From: a virus
Virus genome (UHGV): UHGV-0299922
DNA length: 30,012 bases
Strand: one strand, 5' to 3'
In this document: one piece after another, positions 20,635-30,012 of the stretch
How positions within the stretch are numbered: the stretch's first letter is position 1
Layout: the number at the start of each line of letters is the position of its first letter
Program-made: the position numbers and the translations under genes
The notes under the pieces: generated by a model
What the model was told of the DNA's origin: nothing
The model's input: only the letters and a program-made list of their open reading frames with translations
Database searches by the model: none

Positions 20635-23600
20635 ATGGGTAAAGGAAGCAGTAAGGGGCATACCCCGCGCGAAGCGAAGGACAACCTGAAGTCCACGCAG
20701 TTGCTGAGTGTGATCGATGCCATCAGCGAAGGGCCGGTTGAAGGTCCGGTGGATGGATTAAAAAGCGTGCTGCTGAACAGTACGCCGGTGCTGGACACTG
20801 AGGGGAATACCAACATCTCCGGTGTCACGGTGGTGTTCCGTGCCGGTGAGCAGGAGCAGACACCGCCGGAGGGGTTTGAATCCTCCGGCTCCGAGACGGT
20901 GCTGGGTACGGAAGTGAAATATGACACGCCGATCACCCGCACCATTACGTCTGCAAACATCGACCGTCTGCGCTTTACCTTCGGTGTACAGGCACTGGTG
21001 GAAACCACCTCAAAGGGTGACAGGAATCCGTCGGAAGTCCGTCTGCTGGTTCAGATACAACGTAACGGTGGCTGGGTGACGGAAAAAGACATCACCATTA
21101 AGGGCAAAACCACCTCGCAGTATCTGGCCTCGGTGGTGGTGGGTAGCCTGCCGCCGCGCCCGTTTAATATCCGGATGCGCAGGATGACGCCGGACAGCAC
21201 CACAGACCAGCTGCAGAACAAAACGCTCTGGTCGTCATACACCGAAATCATCGATGTGAAACAGTGCTACCCGAACACGGCACTGGTCGGCGTGCAGGTG
21301 GACTCGGAGCAGTTCGGCAGCCAGCAGGTGAGCCGTAATTATCATCTTCGCGGGCGCATTCTGCAGGTGCCGTCGAACTATAACCCGCAGACGCGGCAAT
21401 ACAGCGGTATCTGGGACGGAACGTTTAAGCCGGCATACAGCAACAACCCGGCCTGGTGTCTGTGGGATATGCTGACCCACCCGCGCTACGGCATGGGGAA
21501 ACGTCTTGGTGCGGCGGATGTGGATAAATGGGCGCTGTATGTCATCGGCCAGTACTGCGACCAGTCAGTGCCGGACGGTTTTGGCGGCACGGAGCCGCGC
21601 ATCACCTGTAATGCCTACCTGACCACGCAGCGTAAGGCGTGGGATGTGCTCAGTGATTTCTGCTCGGCGATGCGCTGTATGCCGGTATGGAACGGGCAGA
21701 CGCTGACGTTCGTGCAGGACCGACCATCAGATAAGGTGTGGACCTATAACCGCAGTAATGTGGTGATGCCGGATGATGGCGCGCCGTTCCGCTACAGCTT
21801 CAGCGCCCTGAAGGACCGCCATAATGCCGTTGAGGTGAACTGGATTGACCCGAACAACGGCTGGGAGACGGCGACAGAGCTTGTTGAAGATACGCAGGCC
21901 ATTGCCCGTTACGGTCGTAATGTCACGAAGATGGATGCCTTTGGCTGTACCAGCCGGGGGCAGGCACACCGCGCCGGGCTGTGGCTGATTAAAACGGAAC
22001 TGCTGGAGACGCAGACCGTGGATTTCAGCGTGGGTGCTGAAGGGCTTCGCCATGTACCGGGCGATGTCATTGAAATCTGCGATGATGACTATGCCGGTAT
22101 CAGCACCGGTGGTCGCGTGCTGGCGGTGAACAGCCAGACCCGGACGCTGACGCTCGACCGTGAAATCACGCTGCCATCCTCCGGTACCACGCTGATAAGC
22201 CTGGTTGACGGAAGTGGTAATCCGGTCAGCGTGGAGGTTCAGCCCGTCACCGACGGACTTAAGGTGAAAGTGAACCGGGTTCCTGATGGCGTTGCAGAAT
22301 ACAGTGTGTGGGGGCTGAAGTTGCCGACGTTGCGTCAGCGCCTGTTCCGCTGTGTGAGTATCCGTGAGAACGATGACGGCACGTATGCCATCACTGCCGT
22401 GCAGCATGTACCGGAAAAAGAAGCCATCGTGGATAACGGGGCGCACTTTGACGGCGACCAGAGCAGCACGGTGAATGGTGTCACGCCGCCAGCGGTGCAG
22501 CACCTGACCGCCGAAGTCACCGCAGACAGCGGGGAATATCAGGTGCTGGCGCGCTGGGACACGCCGAAGGTGGTGAAGGGCGTGAGCTTCCTGCTCCGTC
22601 TGACCGTAACAGCGGATGACAGCAGTGAGCGGCTGGTCAGCACGGCCCGGACGACGGAAACCACATACCGCTTCACGCAACTGGCGCTGGGGAACTACAG
22701 GCTGACAGTCCGGGCGGTAAATGCGTGGGGGCAGCAGGGCGATCCGGCGTCGGTATCGTTCCGGATTGCCGCACCGGCAGCACCGTCGAGGATTGAGCTG
22801 ACGCCGGGCTATTTTCAGATAACCGCCACGCCGCATCTTGCCGTTTATGACCCGACGGTACAGTTTGAGTTCTGGTTCTCGGAAAAGCGGATTACCGATA
22901 TCAGGCAGGTTGAAACCACAGCACGCTATCTTGGCACGGCGCTGTACTGGATAGCCGCCAGTATCAATATCAAACCGGGCCATGATTATTACTTTTATAT
23001 CCGCAGTGTGAACACCGTTGGCAAATCGGCATTCGTGGAGGCTGTTGGTCAGCCGAGTGATGATGCATCCGGTTATCTGGATTTTTTCAAAGGCGAGATA
23101 GGGAAAACCCATCTGGCTCAGGAGCTGTGGACGCAGATTGATAACGGTCAGCTTGCGCCTGACCTGGCTGAAATCAGGACGTCCATTACGGATGTCAGCA
23201 ATGAAATCACGCAGACCGTCAATAAGAAACTGGAAGACCAGAGTGCGGCAATTCAGCAGATACAGAAGGTTCAGGTTGATACAAATAATAACCTGAACAG
23301 CATGTGGGCTGTGAAGCTGCAGCAGATGCAGGACGGACGCCTTTATATCGCGGGTATTGGTGCCGGTATTGAGAACACCCCTGACGGCATGCAGAGTCAG
23401 GTGCTGCTGGCGGCAGACAGGATTGCGATGATTAATCCTGCGAATGGCAACACAAAGCCGATGTTTGTTGGGCAGGGCGATCAGATATTCATGAACGAAG
23501 TGTTCCTGAAACGCCTGACGGCTCCCACCATTACCAGCGGCGGTAATCCTCCGGTATTTTCCCTGACACCGGACGGGCGGCTGACGGCGAAAAATGCCGA

Positions 23601-24114
23601 TATCAGCGGTAACGTGAATGCGAACTCCGGGACGCTCAACAACGTCACGATTAACGAGAACTGTCGGGTTCTGGGAAAACTGTCCGCCAACCAGATTGAA
23701 GGCGATCTCGTTAAAACAGTGGGCAAAGCTTTCCCCCGGGACTCCCGTGCACCGGAACGGTGGCCATCAGGGACCATCACCGTCAGGGTTTATGACGATC
23801 AGCCGTTTGACCGGCAGATTGTTATTCCGGCGGTGGCATTCAGCGGCGCTAAACATGAGCGGGAGAATAACGATATTTATTCGTCATGCCGCCTGATAGT
23901 ACGGAAAAACGGTGCTGAAATTTATAACCGTACCGCGCTGGATAATACGCTGATTTACAGTGGTGTTATTGATATGCCTGCCGGTCACGGTCACATGACA
24001 CTGGAGTTTTCGGTGTCAGCATGGCTGGTAAATAACTGGTATCCCACAGCAAGTATCAGCGATTTGCTGGTTGTGGTGATGAAGAAAGCCACTGCAGGCA
24101 TCACGATTAGCTGA
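20635..24114 (+). CDS. J: Central tail fibre / host specificity protein J
   Basis: 1159 aa, SD ggagcgtgagga before the ATG; lambda gpJ-like N-terminus ([34 protein letters not shown]..) with fibronectin-III-like repeats in the middle. Confidence 0.95.
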   Translation: MGKGSSKGHTPREAKDNLKSTQLLSVIDAISEGPVEGPVDGLKSVLLNSTPVLDTEGNTNISGVTVVFRAGEQEQTPPEGFESSGSETVLGTEVKYDTPITRTITSANIDRLRFTFGVQALVETTSKGDRNPSEVRLLVQIQRNGGWVTEKDITIKGKTTSQYLASVVVGSLPPRPFNIRMRRMTPDSTTDQLQNKTLWSSYTEIIDVKQCYPNTALVGVQVDSEQFGSQQVSRNYHLRGRILQVPSNYNPQTRQYSGIWDGTFKPAYSNNPAWCLWDMLTHPRYGMGKRLGAADVDKWALYVIGQYCDQSVPDGFGGTEPRITCNAYLTTQRKAWDVLSDFCSAMRCMPVWNGQTLTFVQDRPSDKVWTYNRSNVVMPDDGAPFRYSFSALKDRHNAVEVNWIDPNNGWETATELVEDTQAIARYGRNVTKMDAFGCTSRGQAHRAGLWLIKTELLETQTVDFSVGAEGLRHVPGDVIEICDDDYAGISTGGRVLAVNSQTRTLTLDREITLPSSGTTLISLVDGSGNPVSVEVQPVTDGLKVKVNRVPDGVAEYSVWGLKLPTLRQRLFRCVSIRENDDGTYAITAVQHVPEKEAIVDNGAHFDGDQSSTVNGVTPPAVQHLTAEVTADSGEYQVLARWDTPKVVKGVSFLLRLTVTADDSSERLVSTARTTETTYRFTQLALGNYRLTVRAVNAWGQQGDPASVSFRIAAPAAPSRIELTPGYFQITATPHLAVYDPTVQFEFWFSEKRITDIRQVETTARYLGTALYWIAASINIKPGHDYYFYIRSVNTVGKSAFVEAVGQPSDDASGYLDFFKGEIGKTHLAQELWTQIDNGQLAPDLAEIRTSITDVSNEITQTVNKKLEDQSAAIQQIQKVQVDTNNNLNSMWAVKLQQMQDGRLYIAGIGAGIENTPDGMQSQVLLAADRIAMINPANGNTKPMFVGQGDQIFMNEVFLKRLTAPTITSGGNPPVFSLTPDGRLTAKNADISGNVNANSGTLNNVTINENCRVLGKLSANQIEGDLVKTVGKAFPRDSRAPERWPSGTITVRVYDDQPFDRQIVIPAVAFSGAKHERENNDIYSSCRLIVRKNGAEIYNRTALDNTLIYSGVIDMPAGHGHMTLEFSVSAWLVNNWYPTASISDLLVVVMKKATAGITIS

Positions 24115-24133
24115 ATTTTATAACCCAGATACG

Positions 24134-24158
24134 GGCGCCAGAAATGGCGCCTTTTTTA
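24134..24158 (+). terminator. Intrinsic terminator after J
   Basis: ggcgcc-agaaat-ggcgcc followed by tttttt. Confidence 0.7.
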
Positions 24159-24181
24159 TTGCAGAAAAGCGAGAGGTAATT

Positions 24182-24781
24182 ATGCGTAAATTATGTGCTG
24201 TTATTTTGTCCGCAGCCATCTGTCTGTCCGTATCCGGTGCGCCTGCATGGGCGTCTGAACATCAGTCCACACTGAGCGCAGGGTATCTTCATGCCCGTAC
24301 GAACGCTCCCGGCAGCGATAATCTGAACGGGATTAACGTGAAATACCGTTATGAGTTTACGGACACGCTGGGGCTGATTACGTCCTTCAGTTATGCCAAT
24401 GCTGAGGATGAGCAAAAAACGCACTACAGCGATACCCGCTGGCATGAAGATTCCGTGCGTAACCGCTGGTTCAGCGTGATGGCAGGGCCGTCTGTGCGCG
24501 TGAATGAATGGTTCAGCGCGTATGCGATAGCGGGTATGGCTTACAGCCGTGTGTCGACCTTCTCCGGGGATTATCTCCGCGTAACTGACAACAAGGGGAA
24601 AACGCACGATGTGCTGACCGGAAGTGATGACGGTCGCCACAGCAACATGTCTCTGGCGTGGGGGGCTGGCGTGCAGTTTAACCCGACCGAATCCGTGGCC
24701 ATTGATATTGCTTATGAAGGCTCCGGCAGTGGTGACTGGCGCACTGCCGGTTTCATCGTGGGTGTCGGTTATAAGTTCTGA
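24182..24781 (+). CDS. lom: Lom outer-membrane protein (Ail/Lom/PagC family), lysogenic-conversion moron
   Basis: 199 aa with signal peptide (MRKLCAVILSAAICLSVSGAPAWA) and C-terminal ..GVGYKF; lambda Lom-like. Confidence 0.93.
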   Translation: MRKLCAVILSAAICLSVSGAPAWASEHQSTLSAGYLHARTNAPGSDNLNGINVKYRYEFTDTLGLITSFSYANAEDEQKTHYSDTRWHEDSVRNRWFSVMAGPSVRVNEWFSAYAIAGMAYSRVSTFSGDYLRVTDNKGKTHDVLTGSDDGRHSNMSLAWGAGVQFNPTESVAIDIAYEGSGSGDWRTAGFIVGVGYKF

Positions 24782-24807
24782 TTAGCCAGGTAACACAGTG
24801 TTATGAC

Positions 24808-24836
24808 AGCCCGCCGGTTCAGGCGGGCTTTTTTGT
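24808..24836 (+). terminator. Intrinsic terminator after lom
   Basis: agcccgcc-ggttcag-gcgggct followed by ttttttg. Confidence 0.7.
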
Positions 24837-24845
24837 GGGGGGAAT

Positions 24846-27815
24846 ATGGCAGTACGGATTTCAGGTGTACTGAAAGATGGCGCAGGTAAGCCGATACAAA
24901 ACTGCACCATTCAGCTAAAGGCCAGGCGCAACAGCACCACGGTGGTGGTGAACACAGTGGCCTCAGAAAACCCGGATGAAGCCGGGCGTTACAGCATGGA
25001 CGTTGAGTACGGTCAGTACAGCGTTATTCTGTTGGTGGAAGGATTCCCGCCGTCACATGCCGGGATCATCACCGTGTATGAAGATTCCCAACCCGGTACG
25101 CTGAATGATTTTCTCGGTGCCATGACGGAGGATGATGCCCGTCCTGAGGCACTGCGCCGTTTTGAACTGATGGTGGAAGAGGTGGCGCGTAACGCGTCCG
25201 CAGTGGCACAGAACACGGCAGCCGCGAAGAAGTCAGCCGGCGATGCCGGCACATCTGCCCGTGAGGCGGCAACCCATGCGACTGATGCTGCAGGCTCAGC
25301 ACGCGCAGCCAGCACGTCAGCCGGACAGGCCGCTTCGTCGGCTCAGTCAGCGTCTTCCAGCGCAGGAACGGCATCAACAAAGGCCACTGAGGCATCGAAA
25401 AGTGCTGCTGCTGCAGAGTCCTCAAAAAGCGCGGCAGCTACCAGTGCCAGTGCCGCGAAAACGTCAGAAACGAATGCTGCAGCGTCACAACAATCAGCAG
25501 CCACTTCTGCATCCACCGCGACTACGAAAGCGTCAGAAGCTGCCACCTCAGCCCGGGATGCGGCGGCTTCAAAAGAGGCGGCAAAATCATCAGAAACGAA
25601 CGCATCCTCGAGCGCCAGTAGCGCAGCTTCCTCGGCAACGGCGACAGCAAATTCTGCGAAGGCGGCCAAAACGTCCGAGACGAACGCCAGGTCTTCTGAA
25701 ACGGCAGCGGGACAGAGTGCCTCAGCTGCGGCAGGCTCAAAAACAGCGGCTGCGTCGTCTGCCAGTGCCGCGTCAACAAGTGCCGGGCAGGCCTCAGCCA
25801 GTGCCACCGCCGCCGGAAAATCGGCAGAAAGCGCCGCATCATCCGCTTCAACAGCCACAACGAAGGCTGGCGAAGCCACTGAGCAAGCCACTGCAGCAGC
25901 GAGGTCTGCTTCTGCAGCAAAAACCTCTGAAACAAATGCAAAGACTTCAGCAGACAATGCTGCTTCCTCTAAGGCGGCAGCCGCATCGTCCGCTGGTTCA
26001 GCGGCGTCATCGGCATCATCTGCGTCTGCTTCAAAAGATGAGGCGACCAGACAAGCGTCAGCAGCGAAAGGTAGTGCCACGACAGCAACAACGAAAGCAT
26101 CAGAGGCGGCAGGCAGTGCGACGGCTGCATCTCAGAGCAAAGTTGCTGCTGAATCCGCGGCAACGCGTGCCGAAACAGCGGCAAAACGGGCAGAGGATAT
26201 TGCTGATGCCGTATCTCTGGAAGATGCGAGTACGACGAAAAAAGGTGTGGTTCAGCTTAGTAGTGCAACCAACAGCACGTCTGAAACGCAGGCTGCAACG
26301 CCGAAAGCAGTAAAGGCAGCATATGACCTTGCTAACGCAAAATATACCGCTCAGGGCGCAACGACGGCACGAAAAGGGATAGTTCAGCTCAGTAGCGCCA
26401 CTAACAGCCCGTCTGAAACGCTGGCTGCGACACCAAAAGCGGTTAAGGCGGTAATGGATGAAACGAACAAGAAAGCGCCCTTAAATAGTCCTGCACTGAC
26501 CGGAACGCCAACAACGCCAACTGCGCCAAAAGGTACTAATAATACTCAGATCGCAAGTACGGCTTATGTGATGGCCGCGATTGCCGCCCTTGTAGACTCG
26601 TCGCCTGACGCACTGAATACGCTGAACGAGTTAGCGGCGGCGCTGGGCAACGACCCGAATTTTGCGACCACCATGACTAACGCGCTTGCGGGTAAGCAAC
26701 CGAAAGATGCCACCCTGACGGCGCTGGCCGGGCTTGCTACTGCGGCAGACAGGTTTCCGTATTTTACGGGGAATGATGTCGCCAGCCTGGCAACCCTGAC
26801 AAAAGTCGGGCGGGATATTCTTGCGAAATCGACCGTTGCTGCCGTTATCGAATACCTCGGTTTACAGGAAACGGTAAATCAGGCTTCTGGCGCATTACAG
26901 AAAAACCAGAACGGCGCAGATATTCCGGGAAAAGATACCTTCACCAAAAACATTGGTGCCTGCCGCGCATATAGCGCATGGCTGAATATTGGTGGCGATA
27001 GTCAGGTCTGGACAACTGCGCAATTTATTTCGTGGCTGGAGAGTCAGGGGGCATTTAACCATCCTTACTGGATGTGCAAAGGCTCATGGGCTTATGCAAA
27101 TAATAAGGTTATTACAGATACAGGTTGCGGAAATATTTGTCTTGCAGGTGCTGTGGTGGAAGTTATTGGCACTCGCGGCGCAATGACCATACGCGTTACT
27201 ACGCCGAGCACGTCCAGCGGTGGCGGAATTACTAACGCTCAATTCACTTATATTAATCATGGTGATGCTTACGCTCCTGGCTGGCGACGAGACTACAACA
27301 CGAAAAACCAGCAGCCTGCATTTGCTTTAGGGCAAACAGGACGCAGGGTCGCAAATGATAAAGCTGTTGGCTGGAACTGGAATAGCGGTGTTTATGATGC
27401 AGATATCAGTGGTGCATCGACATTAATCCTCCACTTCAATATGAATGCGGGGAGTTGCCCTGCTGTACAGTTCCGCGTGAATTACAGGAACGGCGGTATT
27501 TTTTATCGTTCAGCGCGTGATGGTTATGGCTTTGAAGCTAACTGGTCAGAGTTTTACACCACAACACGCAAACCCTCTGCGGGGGATGTTGGTGCATATA
27601 CGCAGGCAGAATGTAACTCAAGGTTTATTACAGGTATTCGCCTTGGCGGTCTGTCATCTGTTCAGACATGGAAAGGCCCCGGCTGGTCTGACAGGTCAGG
27701 TTATGTCGTTACGGGTTCAGTTAACGGAAACCGTGATGAATTAATTGATACAACTCAGGCAAGGCCAATTCAGTATTGCATTAATGGGACGTGGTATAAC
27801 GCGGGGAGTATTTAA
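24846..27815 (+). CDS. stf: Side tail fibre Stf; constant N-terminal part plus currently expressed variable C-terminal part
   Basis: 989 aa; lambda Stf-like N-terminus (MAVRISGVLKDGAGKPIQNCTIQLKARRNSTTVVVNTV..), long Ala/Ser-rich repeat region, conserved ..VIEYLG.. junction coinciding with the recombination site, C-terminus ..IQYCINGTWYNAGSI. Confidence 0.93.
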   Translation: MAVRISGVLKDGAGKPIQNCTIQLKARRNSTTVVVNTVASENPDEAGRYSMDVEYGQYSVILLVEGFPPSHAGIITVYEDSQPGTLNDFLGAMTEDDARPEALRRFELMVEEVARNASAVAQNTAAAKKSAGDAGTSAREAATHATDAAGSARAASTSAGQAASSAQSASSSAGTASTKATEASKSAAAAESSKSAAATSASAAKTSETNAAASQQSAATSASTATTKASEAATSARDAAASKEAAKSSETNASSSASSAASSATATANSAKAAKTSETNARSSETAAGQSASAAAGSKTAAASSASAASTSAGQASASATAAGKSAESAASSASTATTKAGEATEQATAAARSASAAKTSETNAKTSADNAASSKAAAASSAGSAASSASSASASKDEATRQASAAKGSATTATTKASEAAGSATAASQSKVAAESAATRAETAAKRAEDIADAVSLEDASTTKKGVVQLSSATNSTSETQAATPKAVKAAYDLANAKYTAQGATTARKGIVQLSSATNSPSETLAATPKAVKAVMDETNKKAPLNSPALTGTPTTPTAPKGTNNTQIASTAYVMAAIAALVDSSPDALNTLNELAAALGNDPNFATTMTNALAGKQPKDATLTALAGLATAADRFPYFTGNDVASLATLTKVGRDILAKSTVAAVIEYLGLQETVNQASGALQKNQNGADIPGKDTFTKNIGACRAYSAWLNIGGDSQVWTTAQFISWLESQGAFNHPYWMCKGSWAYANNKVITDTGCGNICLAGAVVEVIGTRGAMTIRVTTPSTSSGGGITNAQFTYINHGDAYAPGWRRDYNTKNQQPAFALGQTGRRVANDKAVGWNWNSGVYDADISGASTLILHFNMNAGSCPAVQFRVNYRNGGIFYRSARDGYGFEANWSEFYTTTRKPSAGDVGAYTQAECNSRFITGIRLGGLSSVQTWKGPGWSDRSGYVVTGSVNGNRDELIDTTQARPIQYCINGTWYNAGSI
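25190..26200 (+). repeat. Low-complexity Ala/Ser/Thr-rich tandem-repeat region inside stf (recurring AAKTSETNA-type units)
   Basis: Repeated peptide units (SAAKTSETNAAAS, AAKSSETNASSS, AAKTSETNARSS, SAAKTSETNAKTS, TTKASEA..) visible in the translation; this also generates long spurious ORFs in other frames and on the opposite strand. Confidence 0.8.
26845..26870 (+). other. Gin/Pin-family crossover site (gix/pix-like), left boundary of the invertible segment, inside stf
   Basis: ttatcgaatacctcggtttacaggaa; its reverse complement ttcctgtaaaccgaggtattcgataa has the TTCCTGTAAACC-GA-GGT... organisation I recall for Mu gix. A 25-nt core is an exact inverted repeat of 29890..29914. Confidence 0.8.
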
Positions 27816-27817
27816 CG

Positions 27818-28351
27818 ATGATGCACTTAAAAAACATTACTGCTGGCAACCCTAAAACAAAAGAGCAATACCAGCTAACAAAGCAATTTAACATCAAATG
27901 GCTTTATTCAGATGATGGAAAAAACTGGTATGAGGAACAAAAGAATTTCCAGCCAGACACTTTGAAAATGGTCTATGACCATAACGGCGTTATTATTTGT
28001 ATTGAAAAGGATGTTTCAGCAATTAATCCAGAGGGTGCAAGCGTCGTTGAATTACCTGATATTACAGCAAATCGCCGGGCTGATATTTCGGGGAAATGGA
28101 TGTTCAAAGATGGCGTAGTGATAAAGCGAACTTATACCGAGGAAGAGCAGAGGCAACAAGCGGAAAATGAAAAGCAAAGCCTGTTGCAACTTGTCAGGGA
28201 TAAAACCCAGCTATGGGACTCACAGCTACGGCTGGGCATCATTTCCGACGAGAATAAACAAAAATTAACCGAGTGGATGCTCTATGCGCAGAAAGTCGAA
28301 TCTACAGACACTTCCGGCCTGCCAGTAACGTTTCCCGAACAACCAGAATGA
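27818..28351 (+). CDS. tfa: Tail fibre assembly chaperone Tfa (copy in the expressed orientation)
   Basis: 177 aa, [40 protein letters not shown]..; starts 2 nt after the stf stop. Confidence 0.9.
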   Translation: MMHLKNITAGNPKTKEQYQLTKQFNIKWLYSDDGKNWYEEQKNFQPDTLKMVYDHNGVIICIEKDVSAINPEGASVVELPDITANRRADISGKWMFKDGVVIKRTYTEEEQRQQAENEKQSLLQLVRDKTQLWDSQLRLGIISDENKQKLTEWMLYAQKVESTDTSGLPVTFPEQPE

Positions 28352-28379
28352 GAGAAGGCCCGCTATCGGGCCTTAATTT

Positions 28380-28907
28380 TTACTCTGGTTTTTGTGGCCA
28401 TTCAGGATTTGCCGTATCCACACGGCTGACCAGAACACTGTAGCGTTCCCATGCTTCCAGTCGTGTGCGTTCCTCGTCTGTTGCCATATTCAGCCTGACA
28501 GCGCGTTCCAGCGGTTGGATGACTGATTCAGCTTCGGAAAGCAATGCGGCCTTTTGTGATTCGGCCTGTTGTTGTTGCTCGTCTGCCGTATAAATCCGTT
28601 TAACCACAGCTCCGTCCCTAAACATCCACTTACCGGAATCATCAGCGCGGCGGTTGGCTGTAATATCTGGAACCTCAACGACGCTATAACCTTCAGGGTT
28701 AAGCGTGGAGGCATCTTTGGTGATGGCGACAATAATATTATTTGCATCGTAAACAATCTTTATTGTGTCTGGCTGAAAGTTTTTCACTTCCTCATACCAG
28801 TTTTTTCCGTCTTCGGACCATAACCAGATAACATCAAAATTCTTTGTTAGCTGATATTGTTCTTTTGTTTTTGGATTTCCAGACTTAATATTTTTTAAAT
28901 GCTGCAT
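28380..28907 (-). CDS. tfa: Alternative tail fibre assembly chaperone Tfa' (inverted copy)
   Basis: 175 aa, [40 protein letters not shown]..; conserved N-terminal half and divergent C-terminal half relative to the plus-strand Tfa. Confidence 0.9.
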   Translation of the reverse strand: MQHLKNIKSGNPKTKEQYQLTKNFDVIWLWSEDGKNWYEEVKNFQPDTIKIVYDANNIIVAITKDASTLNPEGYSVVEVPDITANRRADDSGKWMFRDGAVVKRIYTADEQQQQAESQKAALLSEAESVIQPLERAVRLNMATDEERTRLEAWERYSVLVSRVDTANPEWPQKPE

Positions 28908-28910
28908 AAA

Positions 28911-29914
28911 TTACACCTGTACGACGTTATACCATGTGCCATTGATGTATTTTTGTATTGGTCTGAATACTGCCGGATCATCGCCATCAACTGCACCGAT
29001 AATGCCAAGCCCCGTAATTGCATGACCTGATTTCTCATACATCACGCCTTTTTGCATAGTCTGAACAACACGTGTACCAAGTCGGACATCTCTCACATAA
29101 CGTGAGTCAAAATTACCATAATTGCCGGGAATAACTTGCGCACCGCAAAGCCAGTTGCCATTGTTGTCCATGTACGCCTGACCATCGGTGCCATTGGCTG
29201 TCCTTGAGTTATTAATCATGTAGATGCCAAATTGCTTATTCCCCAGTCCACCAATCATAAATTTGCGATCAGCGTGGTCCTGACGAAGTAATGCCTGCGC
29301 ACCATCGGTGGATACCGCATTGCGTCCCAAAATAACATTCTGGTCACGCATATGAATCCACATGCCGGTACTACTGTTAATTGCAAAACGGTTTGCAAAT
29401 ATATCCCCTGTAACATCAAGACCATGCCCCATGCTTATCCGACCAGTTCTGAGATTAAGCGTAAAGGGGCGTAGTGGCCCTATATCACCATTTTCTCCCT
29501 CATTCTCTCGTGTAGGGATGATATGCAGGCATTCTTCAGAACGACGAAAAATAGCACCAAAAGATGAATTAAATATCCTCAGTGCATTGACTGTCGATAT
29601 TTTTACTTCACTGCTGAAAAGGGCTTTAACAAGGACAGACAAAGCATCCCATTTAAGAGTCATCAGGTCTTTTGTTGTGGTGCTCTGGCGGCTTCTCCAT
29701 TTGAAATATTCATTGCCGTTGTCGCCTGTTTCAAACCACATGTATGAATCAGTGTCGCTGTCGGCATTATTTTTAAAACCAATCTTTGCCCAGTCAGTAT
29801 TTCTAATCCAGGCAAGGATTGAGTCGTTTTCAAAAGTAAGCCCACCGGACAAGGTATCGCCATTCTTTTGCACGGCGTTCCTGGCCCTGTTTACCGTTTC
29901 CTGTAAACCGAGGT
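28911..29914 (-). CDS. Alternative Stf variable C-terminal segment (Sv'), promoterless and startless in this orientation; would fuse to the Stf constant part on inversion
   Basis: Minus-strand frame open from 29914 to stop at 28911; reads NLGLQETVNRARNAVQKNGDTLSGG.., i.e. the same LGLQETVN junction as in stf, with an in-frame stop immediately upstream of the crossover site. Ends ..IQKYINGTWYNVVQV. Confidence 0.8.
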
Positions 29915-29923
29915 TTTAGATAA
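29898..29923 (+). other. Gin/Pin-family crossover site (gix/pix-like), right boundary of the invertible segment
   Basis: ttcctgtaaaccgaggttttagataa, near-identical to the Mu gix sequence as I recall it; inverted relative to 26845..26870. Confidence 0.8.
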
Positions 29924-29977
29924 TGGCGGTTTCTGGCCTGCATGGCATGATTTGTGCTTTTGGACGGGAGATTCAGC

Positions 29978-30012
29978 GTGCTGATTGGCTATGTAAGGGT
30001 ATCAACAAATGA
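29978..30012 (+). CDS. pin: Serine DNA invertase (Pin/Gin/Cin/Hin family), 5' end only; runs off the window
   Basis: GTG start with SD gggag 7 nt upstream; encodes (M)LIGYVRVSTND.., the conserved invertase N-terminus including the catalytic-Ser region. Confidence 0.8.
   Translation, partial: MLIGYVRVSTN

Noticed and set aside
21727-23112. 461-aa minus-strand ORF inside J
   Set aside because: Antisense to J; GC-rich codon-biased genes routinely give long open antisense frames; no motifs.
25243-26313. 356-aa plus-strand ORF (Arg/Gln/Pro-rich) and 245-aa minus-strand Ala/Asp-rich ORF 25343..26080 within stf
   Set aside because: Frame-shifted or antisense readings of the Ala/Ser-rich tandem-repeat region of stf; the extreme compositional bias is an artefact of the repeat.

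Overview
This window is the late region of a lambdoid prophage (or circular/concatemeric phage DNA), read across an intact cos junction. All identifications are by eye and from remembered protein sequences; no database search was run. CDS coordinates include the stop codon. Left to right: an intact OmpC-family porin moron (minus strand, NmpC/Lc-like); an AT-rich leader with a tR'-like terminator; a phage-21/DLP12-type lysis cassette (dual-start pinholin, SAR endolysin, Rz with embedded Rz1); a small accessory locus (Rha-like ORF, then a convergent AT-rich DUF1398-like ORF and a ribbon-helix-helix ORF); cosQ/cosN/cosB; and the complete, essentially lambda-identical head and tail operon Nu1-A-W-B-C/Nu3-D-E-FI-FII-Z-U-V-G/GT-H-M-L-K-I-J. 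This is followed by lom and a long side tail fibre gene stf with tfa. The distal part of stf and tfa lie inside a ~3 kb Gin/Pin-type invertible segment that carries a second, inverted tfa'/stf' set, bounded by two gix-like 26-bp sites, with the first codons of the invertase gene at the window end. No tRNA, rRNA, CRISPR array or IS element was seen. Most of the window is well-described lambda biology; the least-characterised part is the accessory locus between Rz and cos, and the most striking structure is the invertible fibre switch grafted onto a lambda tail module.
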